A DNA stretch of 64,000 nucleotides from positions 62,001 to 126,000 of the IMG/VR virus record IMGVR_UViG_3300043410_001892, one strand, 5' to 3'. The translations under genes were made by a program, and so were the position numbers. Position 1 is the first letter of the stretch; each line of letters starts with the position of its first letter. This document shows, in pieces, positions 19,841 through 30,125 of the stretch. The notes under the pieces are model-generated. The model made no database searches and was not told where the DNA came from. It was given only the letters and a program-made list of their open reading frames with translations.

Positions 19841-21433
19841 TCACATATTAGAGGAAACAAATATTGGTAGAGGTGCTTCCCAGTCCTCTAAACGTTCTTC
19901 AATTCGCATTCTTTCAAATACCATAGGATCCCATTCTGCTAATACATCCGTCATACGTACAATAAGTAGTAATGCTGAAACTAAATCATCATGTTGTCCT
20001 GGTTTACCTTTAAAACTAATTCCATGTGCGATAAATGTTTTTAATTCACTTATAAGAGGTTTACTATAAATTTGCATTTTATCTTCTTCAATAAAATACT
20101 TTAACCTTGCACATGCCGCTAATTTAGAATTAAATGTAGTATTAAATCCTTTACGAAATTTACGAACATGCCCTTTTTTGCCCGGTTCACTTACGAAATA
20201 TCCCGGAAATGTATCTTCTCCTAAATTCTCAACAACTACTAAAGCACTTTCGCCTACAGTATTATTTTCAATTGACCAATATATTGAATTATATTGTTCA
20301 TATCCTAATTCATCTTGTATATATTTTAATACATCTCTTAACAATTTAACTTGACCTTGAATGGTAGTAATGTTATGATGCCATTCGCCAATTTGTTTTT
20401 GCGATGGTAATTCAAATATTGTAATAGCAGAATAGTCGCCGCCTGTACCTAAACTTGGATCTAATGCAACCAAATATAAATTACCAGGTTTAGGATGATT
20501 ATACCATCTAACTTGGCCTAATTTTGTTAATGGTTCTTTACCTACTATCTCTGCTAGTTTCATACTGCTAATAAGCGTTTCGTCATAGATTAAGAATTCA
20601 CAACCGTATTCACGTCTAAACATCTCTTCGCCAATACGACCTAACTCAGCTTTCTTCCATTCTTCATCGCGATCCGGGTGATCCCACCAATTAGAACGAA
20701 AACCAGAAAAGCCATTAATCCCAATCTTATCTGCTTTTTCATTACCAAATTCATCAAAAAATTGTTGGCTTTCTTTCCAGATAGTTGCAAATTGGTCTTC
20801 GTCACTGTTTGGTGTTGAAGTAATAATACAACGTCCACCAGTTGCTAATGTAGGGGAAATTGAAGTCCAAAACTCTTCAGCAATGTTAGGTTGTAAGAAT
20901 GCAAATTCGTCACAGTATAATAACGAAATAGCCATACCCCGTCCAGTTGTACCTGTAGTAGTTTGACTTACAATACGTGACCCATTATCAAATTCCATTG
21001 AACCCTTGTTATAACTGATTACACCTGCACGTAAAAAATCTGGACATAGTTCGTATCCATATCTAATACGTTGCATAATCTCCTGGGCACCTGTATATTT
21101 GTGTGCTGCAATTAGCACAGTTTGATCTGGGTGAAACATTGCATACCATAGTAAATATGACGATGCACAAGTTGTTTTACCAGATTGTCTTGGTAACATA
21201 TTGATATTAAATCGATATGAATTATAACAATTTAGTAAATCAACTTGGTAATCAAAAGGTTCAAATAATAATTTACCCTTTACTGCGTGTTGTATGTGAA
21301 AGAACTTTTTTGAAAAATGTAAATAACCAATGTCAGGGTCAGAACATAGTTGTAAATCAAGAATCTGTTCTTCACTAAATTTTTCAGTCTTGTGTGCTTT
21401 TTTAGTTAGAACACCTTCTAAACTTTTAGCCAT
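19841..21433 (-). CDS. gp17: Terminase large subunit
   Basis: LPRQSGKTT, LLYCDEFAF, ITSTPN, ALDPSLGTGGDYS and HDDLVSA. Confidence 0.97.
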   Translation of the reverse strand: MAKSLEGVLTKKAHKTEKFSEEQILDLQLCSDPDIGYLHFSKKFFHIQHAVKGKLLFEPFDYQVDLLNCYNSYRFNINMLPRQSGKTTCASSYLLWYAMFHPDQTVLIAAHKYTGAQEIMQRIRYGYELCPDFLRAGVISYNKGSMEFDNGSRIVSQTTTGTTGRGMAISLLYCDEFAFLQPNIAEEFWTSISPTLATGGRCIITSTPNSDEDQFATIWKESQQFFDEFGNEKADKIGINGFSGFRSNWWDHPDRDEEWKKAELGRIGEEMFRREYGCEFLIYDETLISSMKLAEIVGKEPLTKLGQVRWYNHPKPGNLYLVALDPSLGTGGDYSAITIFELPSQKQIGEWHHNITTIQGQVKLLRDVLKYIQDELGYEQYNSIYWSIENNTVGESALVVVENLGEDTFPGYFVSEPGKKGHVRKFRKGFNTTFNSKLAACARLKYFIEEDKMQIYSKPLISELKTFIAHGISFKGKPGQHDDLVSALLLIVRMTDVLAEWDPMVFERMRIEERLEDWEAPLPIFVSSNM

Positions 21434-21458
21434 AAATTCTCCTTTATTGTTTATTTAC

Positions 21459-21486
21459 AAAAAAAAGCGGACATATTGTCCGCTTT
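21459..21486 (-). terminator. Rho-independent terminator
   Basis: AAAGCGGACA-ata-TGTCCGCTTT on the minus strand, continuing into a T-run. Confidence 0.8.
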
Positions 21487-21490
21487 ATGA

Positions 21491-21793
21491 TTATACTGTA
21501 GGATCTTTAAATGTATCTCTAATTTCGTAATTTTTATTAGCCTGATCTGCATAATAGTTTGCTTTATGCCGAGCTTTATGATGTGCAGCTTTGTGTTCTG
21601 CAGTTCCTTTTACACCGCCAGCAAACACCATAAATGGAACATCAGTTCCTGGATTAAATAACCCAACATTTACAGTCTTACCTAAGTCACGTATTGCAGG
21701 ATGGACTTTATTTGCATCATCATAAGAAAAACCGCCACGTCCGCCGTAGACATGATCATGTTCTTCAGGACCGTGTATACGATTCTCTTTTAT
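21491..21793 (-). CDS. Unannotated 100-codon frame lacking ATG/GTG/TTG at its start; -1 extension of 21790..22284 or ATA-initiated gene
   Basis: IKENRIHGPEEHDHVYGGRGGFSYDD...EIRDTFKDPTV* fills the gap to the terminator; an in-frame TAA lies a few codons upstream of the A9 run. Confidence 0.6.
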   Translation of the reverse strand: MKENRIHGPEEHDHVYGGRGGFSYDDANKVHPAIRDLGKTVNVGLFNPGTDVPFMVFAGGVKGTAEHKAAHHKARHKANYYADQANKNYEIRDTFKDPTV

Positions 21794-22284
21794 CTTTTTT
21801 TTTGAGGACGAGCTTTAATATCTTCGTATAAAGAAGAAAGCTGATTTACTAACGATTCATGTTGTAATTTAAATGGATTTTCTCCACCGTTAGCTTTTAC
21901 TGCGCCACGGCCTTTACTTGCTAAATCGTCGCCTGTAAAAATAACAGAATCTAAACCATGAACTTTTGGTCCTTTATCGTTATGTTTTGCGTTTTTAAAA
22001 TCGTCGCCAATGACAATTTCATGTTCTTCGTCATCTGATGCCATTTCAGAATCGCTACCACTGATACCTTTTAAAATATCCATTAAATCGCGTATTCCGT
22101 CAACACCTTTACTACTGATTGAAATATTCATTTGTGTATCGCTAGATGAATTGTCACCTTGTATAACCATAGGTTCCATATCACCACCGCATTCTTCAAC
22201 ATCCATTTCAGCAGCTGATTCGATATCTAAATCACCGCCATCTTGAATCTCTTTTAATTTTCTTGCAAGTTCTGTAAAATTCAT
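21790..22284 (-). CDS. Acidic protein, putative prohead core component
   Basis: D/E-rich 164 aa in the head-gene cluster. Confidence 0.6.
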   Translation of the reverse strand: MNFTELARKLKEIQDGGDLDIESAAEMDVEECGGDMEPMVIQGDNSSSDTQMNISISSKGVDGIRDLMDILKGISGSDSEMASDDEEHEIVIGDDFKNAKHNDKGPKVHGLDSVIFTGDDLASKGRGAVKANGGENPFKLQHESLVNQLSSLYEDIKARPQKKR

Positions 22285-22901
22285 TATAATTTTCCTAAGT
22301 TAGCAGTTGGCAATTTAACTTGGCGAGATCCAATTGGACTTGTTGTTCCAACATTTGTACATACTGATGCCGGTTTTTCCGATGGTGATTTTTTAGCTAA
22401 TAATGAATCATTAACACCTGTATATTGATCGCCTTGAGTTTTAACTTTACCTAACTCTTTTAGCAATGACATAGTGTGAGCATCGCCTACTATTTTTTGG
22501 TTGTTTTCGTTTTCATAATCTTTTGTAAGTAATGATTCACCAGATGCAGTATTAAATTTGTTATTAAGATCAATTTCTTGTTCTTCTAACATACTACGAA
22601 CTTTGATGCAGCATTCTGACAAGCCCATAGTTTCGGCTGCCATTTGATGTATTTGAAAACTAGTTGCCGGATATCCTAAGACTACATCATAAACTGTAGC
22701 TGCAACATTTTTATGTGAAGGAAAATCAACTTGAGTTTCCTGTATTGGTGTACGTGTGCCTGAAGAAAATGATTCAACAGAGAACCTCGCTAATGCACCT
22801 TTAAGTTTATCGAGTTGGCAAGTAGTAAGTTCATCTATTACTTTAATTTTAAACTCGTACACTTGTTTTGATTCTAATAAGTATTGTTTAAATGATTTCA
22901 T
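22284..22901 (-). CDS. Putative internal head protein with capsid-targeting-like N-terminus
   Basis: MKSFKQYLLES resembles the T4 IPII/IPIII targeting peptide MKTYQEFIAE; AATAAATA at 22920-22927. Confidence 0.55.
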   Translation of the reverse strand: MKSFKQYLLESKQVYEFKIKVIDELTTCQLDKLKGALARFSVESFSSGTRTPIQETQVDFPSHKNVAATVYDVVLGYPATSFQIHQMAAETMGLSECCIKVRSMLEEQEIDLNNKFNTASGESLLTKDYENENNQKIVGDAHTMSLLKELGKVKTQGDQYTGVNDSLLAKKSPSEKPASVCTNVGTTSPIGSRQVKLPTANLGKL

Positions 22902-22922
22902 ATTATATCCTTGATAATATAT

Positions 22923-23402
22923 TTATTTCATATTCTTTAATTTTTCAATCAGACTATTTCGATCAGAAACAATAAATCCTTCACCAGAAATATTGATCCC
23001 AGGGTCTTCTGGATGGGCATCGTAATCTAGTTTTTGTTTCTTAAGTTGCAAATCGATCATTTTAAGTTTTTTATCTATTTTTGCAGCTTTTGCATCGATT
23101 GCATTTTTTAACATGCTTGATGCAACTTCAAAAATTCTGCCACTATATCTTGCTTCTACGTTCATACCTAAGTCCATTAGATCGTCGTAAGCATCAGTTG
23201 CGCGTTGTGCTAGTGCGTCAAATTCTGTATCGCTTACGTCACCTAAGCCTTTTACTTGCGGCAATGCTGCTGATATTTTATCAAATTCGGCCATATCACG
23301 AAATAACGGTACTGGATCAGTAGGTACAGTAGCAGGTTCTGCTTCTGATATTATTTTTTTATTTTCTGGTAAATTTAGAAGTTCTTCTAATTTGCGAGTC
23401 AT
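22923..23402 (-). CDS. Probable terminase small subunit (gp16-like)
   Basis: Helical core DLMDLGMNVEARYSGRIFEVASSMLKNA, coiled coil, and short C-terminal strand/helix FIVSDRNSLIEKL. Confidence 0.55.
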   Translation of the reverse strand: MTRKLEELLNLPENKKIISEAEPATVPTDPVPLFRDMAEFDKISAALPQVKGLGDVSDTEFDALAQRATDAYDDLMDLGMNVEARYSGRIFEVASSMLKNAIDAKAAKIDKKLKMIDLQLKKQKLDYDAHPEDPGINISGEGFIVSDRNSLIEKLKNMK

Positions 23403-23438
23403 GATGTATCCTTTTATAGTATAAGTGTACTATTTAAG

Positions 23439-23879
23439 TTATTTGGAACCATTATGAAAAATATCATTTTCATTAATGACTCTAAATACAAGACCATTTT
23501 GTTTACAATATGCAGAAGCAGCAGCCCATTTGGCTTGATTTTTAATAAATTGTGCTTGATTGTATTTGTTTTTTCCTACACGTTCTAATATTTGCTGACT
23601 TGCAGGTTTTATTTCAATCAATTCATTATGTATGTGATTATTTTTATCTACGTATTGAATAAAAAAATCAGGTAGATAAATGGTGTTACGATTAGTCAAT
23701 GGATCTCTATATGGAATAGTTACTGCTTCACTTGCCCATTTTTGTACTGCAGGGTTAGTATCGCACATGTGCATAAATGTCATTTCCCATGAACTTCTGT
23801 AATATGGTATTTTGGTTCCTATGTATTTGTCAGGGTGTTTAAATTTAAAAGACCCCTTGGCAAATTTTCTACTACTCAT
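23439..23879 (-). CDS. gp4: Head completion nuclease (T4 gp4-like, TnsA-type PD-(D/E)xK)
   Basis: KHPDKYIG, YRSSWE, WASE, YLPDF, IEIKP, NQAKWAAA. Confidence 0.9.
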   Translation of the reverse strand: MSSRKFAKGSFKFKHPDKYIGTKIPYYRSSWEMTFMHMCDTNPAVQKWASEAVTIPYRDPLTNRNTIYLPDFFIQYVDKNNHIHNELIEIKPASQQILERVGKNKYNQAQFIKNQAKWAAASAYCKQNGLVFRVINENDIFHNGSK

Positions 23880-24247
23880 ATTACTACATTCCTTAATTCG
23901 TATGCGTTATTTTCTACAGAAGTTCTATATCCAAGTAAACTTGTTTTTTCTCTATATGCATTTAATATTTGAGTTACTACACGAGATAGTTGAATAGCTG
24001 GTACTAATGTTAATGTATCTAATAATTCAAATACATTTACATTTTCATTTCTAGCTTGATTTAATAACATAATTGTAAGTGATCTTGCACTTTCTAAATC
24101 AAAATCTCTACGCTGAAAGAACCCAACCACTGCGTCAATTTCGTTACTTGGAAATGTAACATCTTCAATATAAAATTTATCAAAGAATTGTTTTATTTCT
24201 TGATAACTTGTTTCTGGAGTAAGTGGTAAATTTGCAGTAATTGTCAT
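23876..24247 (-). CDS. Hypothetical protein in the tail/head cluster
   Basis: Coupled 123-aa ORF. Confidence 0.7.
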   Translation of the reverse strand: MTITANLPLTPETSYQEIKQFFDKFYIEDVTFPSNEIDAVVGFFQRRDFDLESARSLTIMLLNQARNENVNVFELLDTLTLVPAIQLSRVVTQILNAYREKTSLLGYRTSVENNAYELRNVVI

Positions 24248-24253
24248 AATAAT

Positions 24254-25291
24254 TTATATTTTGTTTGTATAACTGGGAGATGTCCCTGTTGTAGCTGTAG
24301 TAGTTGGTGTATTACCGGTTGTAACTTGTGTAGCTGTTATTGTATTTGTAGAACTACTTGCTTGCGGAACTGATATTCCATTTAATCCTGATGTTGTGTT
24401 AGTTTGCCCATATACTAATGTCGATGCAGTTGTTCCTGCTGTCTTAGTAACGGCTGTTGTACTAACGGTAGTAGTTGCTGCGGGATCTCGTTTCCCGCCA
24501 AACGCAGTATTAGCAAATGATGGATACGGTGCAGTATCTTGAGGCCAACTACTTGTTAATGGTGACGGTGTGAAGTCATAATGTAATGATCCAAACCCTT
24601 CCATATCTCCTGAACTAACAAAACCAACATCATAATAAACTGATTCATATGCTATTTTAAAATCAAAATGATGAGAATTACCGTCAGCGTATGCAAGTTT
24701 ATTTCCATTCCATTGTGTTATAACAGGATTCATTAATTTGTAACTAACATATTCATGTCTTGACATTTGATATATCGTAATATAATTAAAAAATGCAGGT
24801 ATGTGGCCAACATAACCATATGGTGATTTAATTGCTGACGATGCTAAAGTTGCATTTTTCTTATACGCACCTTTTACATTTGATGCCACAGGATCAGCAT
24901 AATAATATTTGTAATATGTTTGCCATAATTTATTTATTAACCCCATATTATCATCATGAAATGACATGTTTATTTCATTATATTTGTGCTGATATTGTGC
25001 TATTCGTTTTCTATTATATTGATTTAGCACATCGTGGCTTACTGTATACGAAGGTAAATCAGTAGACTTAACAAGAAGGTTTATTTCATCTTTCAATGTT
25101 AAAATCATTTGCGTATCGATGTTTTTAATATTCAGCGCAGGCCAATTGATATTAAATGCAACATGATACAAGAATTTTGTTTTTGGTAATAATCTGAAAC
25201 TATCGTCAACAAAAGTTCTCGCAGCGTGTTGTTGGCAGCGAAAATGTTCTACAGGATCAGCTTTTAAATATTGATTAGGACTAAATGACAT
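24254..25291 (-). CDS. Tail-tube-fold protein (tube initiator/cap-like gp19 paralog) with Thr-rich tail
   Basis: LLVKSTDLPSYTV...NQYNRKR...YNEINMSFHDD parallels gp19 VSKASRPNVKF...WDPISVTIRDD. Confidence 0.7.
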   Translation of the reverse strand: MSFSPNQYLKADPVEHFRCQQHAARTFVDDSFRLLPKTKFLYHVAFNINWPALNIKNIDTQMILTLKDEINLLVKSTDLPSYTVSHDVLNQYNRKRIAQYQHKYNEINMSFHDDNMGLINKLWQTYYKYYYADPVASNVKGAYKKNATLASSAIKSPYGYVGHIPAFFNYITIYQMSRHEYVSYKLMNPVITQWNGNKLAYADGNSHHFDFKIAYESVYYDVGFVSSGDMEGFGSLHYDFTPSPLTSSWPQDTAPYPSFANTAFGGKRDPAATTTVSTTAVTKTAGTTASTLVYGQTNTTSGLNGISVPQASSSTNTITATQVTTGNTPTTTATTGTSPSYTNKI

Positions 25292-25335
25292 ATATATATT
25301 TATCCATTTAATAAGGTGTGTGGTTAAATGATCAT

Positions 25336-25362
25336 AAAAAAAGCCCGGAATACGGGCTTTTT
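25336..25362. terminator. Bidirectional Rho-independent terminator after the tail tube gene
   Basis: AAAAAAAGCCCG-gaata-CGGGCTTTTT. Confidence 0.85.
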
Positions 25363-25375
25363 ATAAGTTGAGTTA

Positions 25376-26014
25376 TTAGCCCAACGGACCGCCACCCATA
25401 ATTTGTGGGGACGAAGTAACTGCTGGACGTTGTGTATCTTGAGCACCAATTGCACCACCTGCTGTTTGAATACAGTTGTCAGGTTGGATTGACATTTGGA
25501 TTTCCATTGGACTTGCGTCTGAATACACTAATTCGCCAAATGATGATGAAACAATGTAACAACCATAGCATTCCCAAGTTTCTAAAATGTTAGCTTCAGA
25601 ATAGTTGTTATTGTTAGCACCGTCTAGAACGTAAATAGTCATTCTAAATTTGTAATCACCTGCAGCAGCAGCAGAACTTTGTTCAAAGAAATCAAATTGT
25701 TTCTGATTTTGTTGACCAACAATTCTATTAACTGTACCGCCGGCATCGTCACGAATAGTAACAGAAATTGGATCCCATGTTGGTTTCCCAGCATAGTTAA
25801 TTTTACTGTTGTAAACGTCAATTACTTTAGCTTCAAACTTCACATTAGGACGTGAAGCTTTAGAAACCTGTTTAGTTAATTCTGTTGTATCAGTTTCAGC
25901 ACCTAAACCATCGAAGATAATTTTAAAACGGTACTTTAACTTAGGCATTAACAGGCCTGTATTATCACTTCCGTTAATAGGAACTGAAAAGTTTGATAAT
26001 GATGATATTGACAT
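25376..26014 (-). CDS. gp19: Tail tube protein
   Basis: PKLKYRFKIIF, YAGKPTWDPISVTIRDD, ETWECYGC; directly follows the sheath gene. Confidence 0.9.
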   Translation of the reverse strand: MSISSLSNFSVPINGSDNTGLLMPKLKYRFKIIFDGLGAETDTTELTKQVSKASRPNVKFEAKVIDVYNSKINYAGKPTWDPISVTIRDDAGGTVNRIVGQQNQKQFDFFEQSSAAAAGDYKFRMTIYVLDGANNNNYSEANILETWECYGCYIVSSSFGELVYSDASPMEIQMSIQPDNCIQTAGGAIGAQDTQRPAVTSSPQIMGGGPLG

Positions 26015-26028
26015 ATATTATTCTCCGA

Positions 26029-29000
26029 TTATTTACCAATAGTTTTAACTTCACCGGTGTTCGCTAAACGTAATGGAATATAAATGAATTCCACAGCTTT
26101 TGTCGGTTCGATTGCAATGTCAAGATATAATTCGCTTCTGTCTACTCTTGCTGGTGTGTTATTAGAAGTATCACATTGAACAACAAAGTCGTAAATTGCA
26201 CGTTGTCCTTGCAATTCGAGTAATAAACTTTCAGCAGCATGTTTGATTTGTTTGCGTGTTGCATCATCATTTGGTTGGAACAAATACGCTTTTGACATCA
26301 ATGATAATCTACGACGTAAACTTACTACCAATCTTGCAACATTAATACGATCTAAAGAAGTAGTTTCTGGAGAACGAGTATATTGGGCCATGTTAACTAA
26401 GCCTGATCCAGCGATAAATGTAATTGGATTAACTTTAATGCCAGCTAACGTATCACGTTGTCCAGTGTTTAAAGCAACTGTTTGCCATTCACCATTTTGA
26501 TCAATGTATCCAACTGATGTTGCATTTGAAATAGTACCACGTTGTGTACCTGCAGGTGCATACCATGGGAAGCTTGCAGCATCACTCAATGCAATTGTAC
26601 GTAACATCATGTGGCTTGGAGGAACAACTATGTTACGACCTAAGTTGTCACTTGTGTAACCCCATGGATAAAAGAATGCCAAGTATGGATCAGCTGAAAC
26701 TAAACCATTATCGTCATCTTCTGAAGTTCCGTTAACATTATTTCCCCAGTTTAACAATGTAGTTGCATCTGGTTTCAATCTTGATGGAGTATCACCGATA
26801 ACAAATGCTGTAAGACCACGTGAAGTATTCAAGTCTTTCATTTCGCCAACAAGTTCTGGATATCCAGGTGCTGCAATCAAGTTAAATACGCGATATTCTT
26901 CTTCACGAATTTCTACATTGCTGTTAACTAATGCTTGTAATGATTGAACAACTACTTTACGTTGTGCTTTACGACCAAATGATCCTGATCCATTTTCGTT
27001 ATTACCTGATTCAGTTACCCATCTGTCTGGGAAATAATTAATCATTGATTCATTGTTATAACGTGTGTTGTGATCTAAGATGTTAACGTAGTTTTTACGA
27101 TATTTTTTAACATTGTAACCACTTCTACGTAAATTCCACAATAAACAACCTTCTGGATATAATGCAGGGTTTGGTGCATCAAAGTCAACAAAGTTAGCAG
27201 CTTCAATTGCATCAAGTGATAATTCAGATGGAGGACCACCTAACAAATCAACAATTGCCGAAGGACTTGAAGAAATACCATCAATGTTCCAACGTGCATC
27301 AGCAAAAACTATACCATCTTCTGTTGTTTGATCAGTTGTATCAATTTTAACCCATTTTTTAGTAAAGTTGATATATCTGTAAATTTGTGGATAGTTTTCT
27401 AAATCTGATGTATCAATCCATAAATCACCTTCAACTAACAATGATTTATCAGCGTCAGTTTGTGTAGTTGGTTTAGTTGGGCTTAAGATTGGACCAGTTT
27501 TGTTAGTAGCACCAAGACCTTGTCCATGATCGACACTACGATATGCCATCCATTTATGACCATGGTTGATCATAATGTCAACATCTTCAATGTTGCTATC
27601 ATACCATAATAAGCCATCAGATGCATTACCAATTGGTGTTGAATCACTTGGTTGAATGAACGATTTTGTTCTGTCAGCGCCGTATTCAGACCAAAGACTT
27701 GCAAGGTAATGGTTACTAATACCATTTGGGTGATGGAAGAAGTTAGTTGTTTTGTTAGCATCGAACAATTTTGCAATTGGTTCGTTTGTACCATCAACTA
27801 ATCTAATTTCACCGCCAGTTACATGGGTAATAACAATTTTGTTACCATCTAATTGCGATGCATGTACGTTAGTATCACCTGAACTTGAGTTAATTTTTGA
27901 TTCAATTTCATCTAACATTGCTTGAATAACAACTGCATCTGAATCAGATTCACTTGGTTCGTCAATGTTAAATTGAACTAATCGTGTAGCCAACAGTGTA
28001 CTACCAATAACACTTTCACCAATTGCAAAATTGTATGTTCCTGATTGGAATGACGATCTTGTGAATTTTTTAGAAATGATTTTAGTAGTAGATGATGCAG
28101 TACGACGATATATTTTAAAGTTTGCAAACAATGTTGGGCTTTCAGATGTATTGTATTTCACATACACTGTGTTTCCAGCAAGATTTAACCCACCATTAGT
28201 AGGATCTAATGCCGCAATTGCTGCTTCGTTATTTTGGAATATAGGAGCAGAAATAGTTACCCATGATTTAATGCTTGCATCATAGCGTTTAACATTCCAA
28301 TCAGCACCTTTATTAACAACTGTTGTTTTGATCCATAATGAACCAGTTGGACGACCGTTAACAGTAGTTGGTAAATCTTTACGTTTGTATGTTGGGATAG
28401 TAACATGATTTGAAATTGTCAAAGCAGGTGCTTTGTAAATACCAATTTCAATACCAATTTTAAGAGCAGTATCAACATCAGTACCATTTATATCAATATC
28501 AACTCCTGTTGAATACAAATATAATCTGTGATTTGAAACAACGGCAAAAATACCATCATCGATTGCATCAGTATTAATCAGTAACGCTAATTCGTCTAAT
28601 GTTGAAAAACCAATAAATGGGTTATAACCATTAATTACAAATACATCAACATCAGGATCTAATGGGCTTGCAAATGCAAGTTCCGAATTTACACCTTGTG
28701 CAGTTGGAATACTTGAAACCCAAGCTTCACTACCAATCTCAACCCAAGATGATGTTCTTTTTGATTTATACCAAAATGATACAAGACTTGACGTTGCAAC
28801 TACTGCATATGAACCAGTAGCACCAATACTTGCTTTTGGTGCACCTGTAAGGTCATCAACTTTAGAAATTTCAGTAATTACAGTTGGTGTGACATTTGTA
28901 AATGTTTGTCCGTTTGCTGTAGTAGCAGCGGCAGAGTCCCATGAAAATAAACCCCAATGCGAACTTGCAGTGTCAAACCAGAATGTGTTATCATCTGGTG

Positions 29001-29397
29001 TACCAGTTGGGATCGAAGTAGAAGCCTGAATTGCATCTAAATCAATATCTGCACGTACTACAAATGCACGGTTACTAACATTCAAATAACTATAAGCAGC
29101 TTGTAATCCATATTCATTTTGTTCATGACCATGGATAGGTTTGTTGTTTGAGTCGGTTTTAAAAACCGGTGTACCGAATGTATCGGTTAATTCTTTTGGA
29201 CTAGTAAGTAATCTTACTTTTCCATAATCTTTATCTGTTTTTAATGTGCCTGGGGCAATTCCAGTCCCAGAACCGTTTAGTTTGTTTGCTGCAGTGGCAA
29301 CAAAGATCAACGGAATTGTTCCAGCGCCAGCTGATGTATACATGCTATCATCAGTAACAGATATACTTACGCCTGGTGAACTAAGTGTTTGAGCCAT
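26029..29397 (-). CDS. gp18: Tail sheath protein with large inserted domains
   Basis: SPGVSISVTD N-terminus; FPWYAPAGTQRG, KVNPI, LDRINVARL, LFQPND, PTKAVEFIYI C-terminus. Confidence 0.97.
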   Translation of the reverse strand: MAQTLSSPGVSISVTDDSMYTSAGAGTIPLIFVATAANKLNGSGTGIAPGTLKTDKDYGKVRLLTSPKELTDTFGTPVFKTDSNNKPIHGHEQNEYGLQAAYSYLNVSNRAFVVRADIDLDAIQASTSIPTGTPDDNTFWFDTASSHWGLFSWDSAAATTANGQTFTNVTPTVITEISKVDDLTGAPKASIGATGSYAVVATSSLVSFWYKSKRTSSWVEIGSEAWVSSIPTAQGVNSELAFASPLDPDVDVFVINGYNPFIGFSTLDELALLINTDAIDDGIFAVVSNHRLYLYSTGVDIDINGTDVDTALKIGIEIGIYKAPALTISNHVTIPTYKRKDLPTTVNGRPTGSLWIKTTVVNKGADWNVKRYDASIKSWVTISAPIFQNNEAAIAALDPTNGGLNLAGNTVYVKYNTSESPTLFANFKIYRRTASSTTKIISKKFTRSSFQSGTYNFAIGESVIGSTLLATRLVQFNIDEPSESDSDAVVIQAMLDEIESKINSSSGDTNVHASQLDGNKIVITHVTGGEIRLVDGTNEPIAKLFDANKTTNFFHHPNGISNHYLASLWSEYGADRTKSFIQPSDSTPIGNASDGLLWYDSNIEDVDIMINHGHKWMAYRSVDHGQGLGATNKTGPILSPTKPTTQTDADKSLLVEGDLWIDTSDLENYPQIYRYINFTKKWVKIDTTDQTTEDGIVFADARWNIDGISSSPSAIVDLLGGPPSELSLDAIEAANFVDFDAPNPALYPEGCLLWNLRRSGYNVKKYRKNYVNILDHNTRYNNESMINYFPDRWVTESGNNENGSGSFGRKAQRKVVVQSLQALVNSNVEIREEEYRVFNLIAAPGYPELVGEMKDLNTSRGLTAFVIGDTPSRLKPDATTLLNWGNNVNGTSEDDDNGLVSADPYLAFFYPWGYTSDNLGRNIVVPPSHMMLRTIALSDAASFPWYAPAGTQRGTISNATSVGYIDQNGEWQTVALNTGQRDTLAGIKVNPITFIAGSGLVNMAQYTRSPETTSLDRINVARLVVSLRRRLSLMSKAYLFQPNDDATRKQIKHAAESLLLELQGQRAIYDFVVQCDTSNNTPARVDRSELYLDIAIEPTKAVEFIYIPLRLANTGEVKTIGK

Positions 29398-29429
29398 ATT
29401 ATAATCTCCATATATACAAGTTCTAACTG

Positions 29430-29437
29430 TATTTATA
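29430..29437 (-). promoter_or_regulatory. T4 late consensus TATAAATA upstream of the sheath gene
   Basis: Exact match, followed by GGAG and the ATG at 29397. Confidence 0.7.
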
Positions 29438-29458
29438 GGAAAATGGCATTTTATGGCA

Positions 29459-30076
29459 CTATAACTTAACTATAGCTGTAACTTTATCATATAACTCTTC
29501 AAGTGTTCCGTTGTTATCAATTACATGATCTACATGTAATCCATACCATGCCCACTCACTTTCATGAATTTTATATTCTTTTAATATTGCAATTGATTCT
29601 AAATCACCAGTCAACGCTAATTCAACAAATTGATGCCATTCTGGTTCTGGTCCTCGTTTTACACGAACAATAATTCCTCCTGCATTTCTAATAGCAGAAA
29701 ATTCATTTGGAAATCTACAATCGCTGATTACGACATTACCGTTAGATTGTCTTAATCTATTTTCTAAACTTGCAATCCAAATATCATCATGGAAACTTCT
29801 TCTAGCTACTTCTGTACCCCATAATTGTAACACTAATCGTGGTGTTAAATCTGGCATATTTAAACGGTGTGCCCACCACGGATCGACTTGTTCTCTCCAT
29901 GCTCTTGATTCTGCAGTTTGACCTTCTAATAGAGTTCGATCCCATCCAAAAACTGATGACACTGCGTCTTTTAATGAATTTGCAAAACTTTCTCTTGCAA
30001 AATTATAATTACTAACTAAGTATTCAGCAACTGTATCCTTACCTTCACCTATATTTCCAACAATTCCTATAATCAT
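29459..30076 (-). CDS. gp1: Deoxynucleoside monophosphate kinase
   Basis: IIGIVGNIGEGKDT, FANSLKD, PRLVLQLWGTEVAR, ISDCRFPNE. Confidence 0.93.
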   Translation of the reverse strand: MIIGIVGNIGEGKDTVAEYLVSNYNFARESFANSLKDAVSSVFGWDRTLLEGQTAESRAWREQVDPWWAHRLNMPDLTPRLVLQLWGTEVARRSFHDDIWIASLENRLRQSNGNVVISDCRFPNEFSAIRNAGGIIVRVKRGPEPEWHQFVELALTGDLESIAILKEYKIHESEWAWYGLHVDHVIDNNGTLEELYDKVTAIVKL

Positions 30077-30095
30077 ATTATTCTCCTAAAAAAGC

Positions 30096-30124
30096 ATTAT
30101 ATGATCATTTTATCAAAAAGTCAA
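30096..30124 (-). promoter_or_regulatory. Sigma70-type promoter for dNMP kinase
   Basis: TTGACT-N17-TATAAT, then AGGAG and the ATG. Confidence 0.8.
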
Positions 30125-30125
30125 G

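Noticed and set aside
10412-21433. Inteins in UvsW, UvsX or terminase
   Set aside because: Lengths are normal, motifs are contiguous, and no C...HN splice signature was seen.
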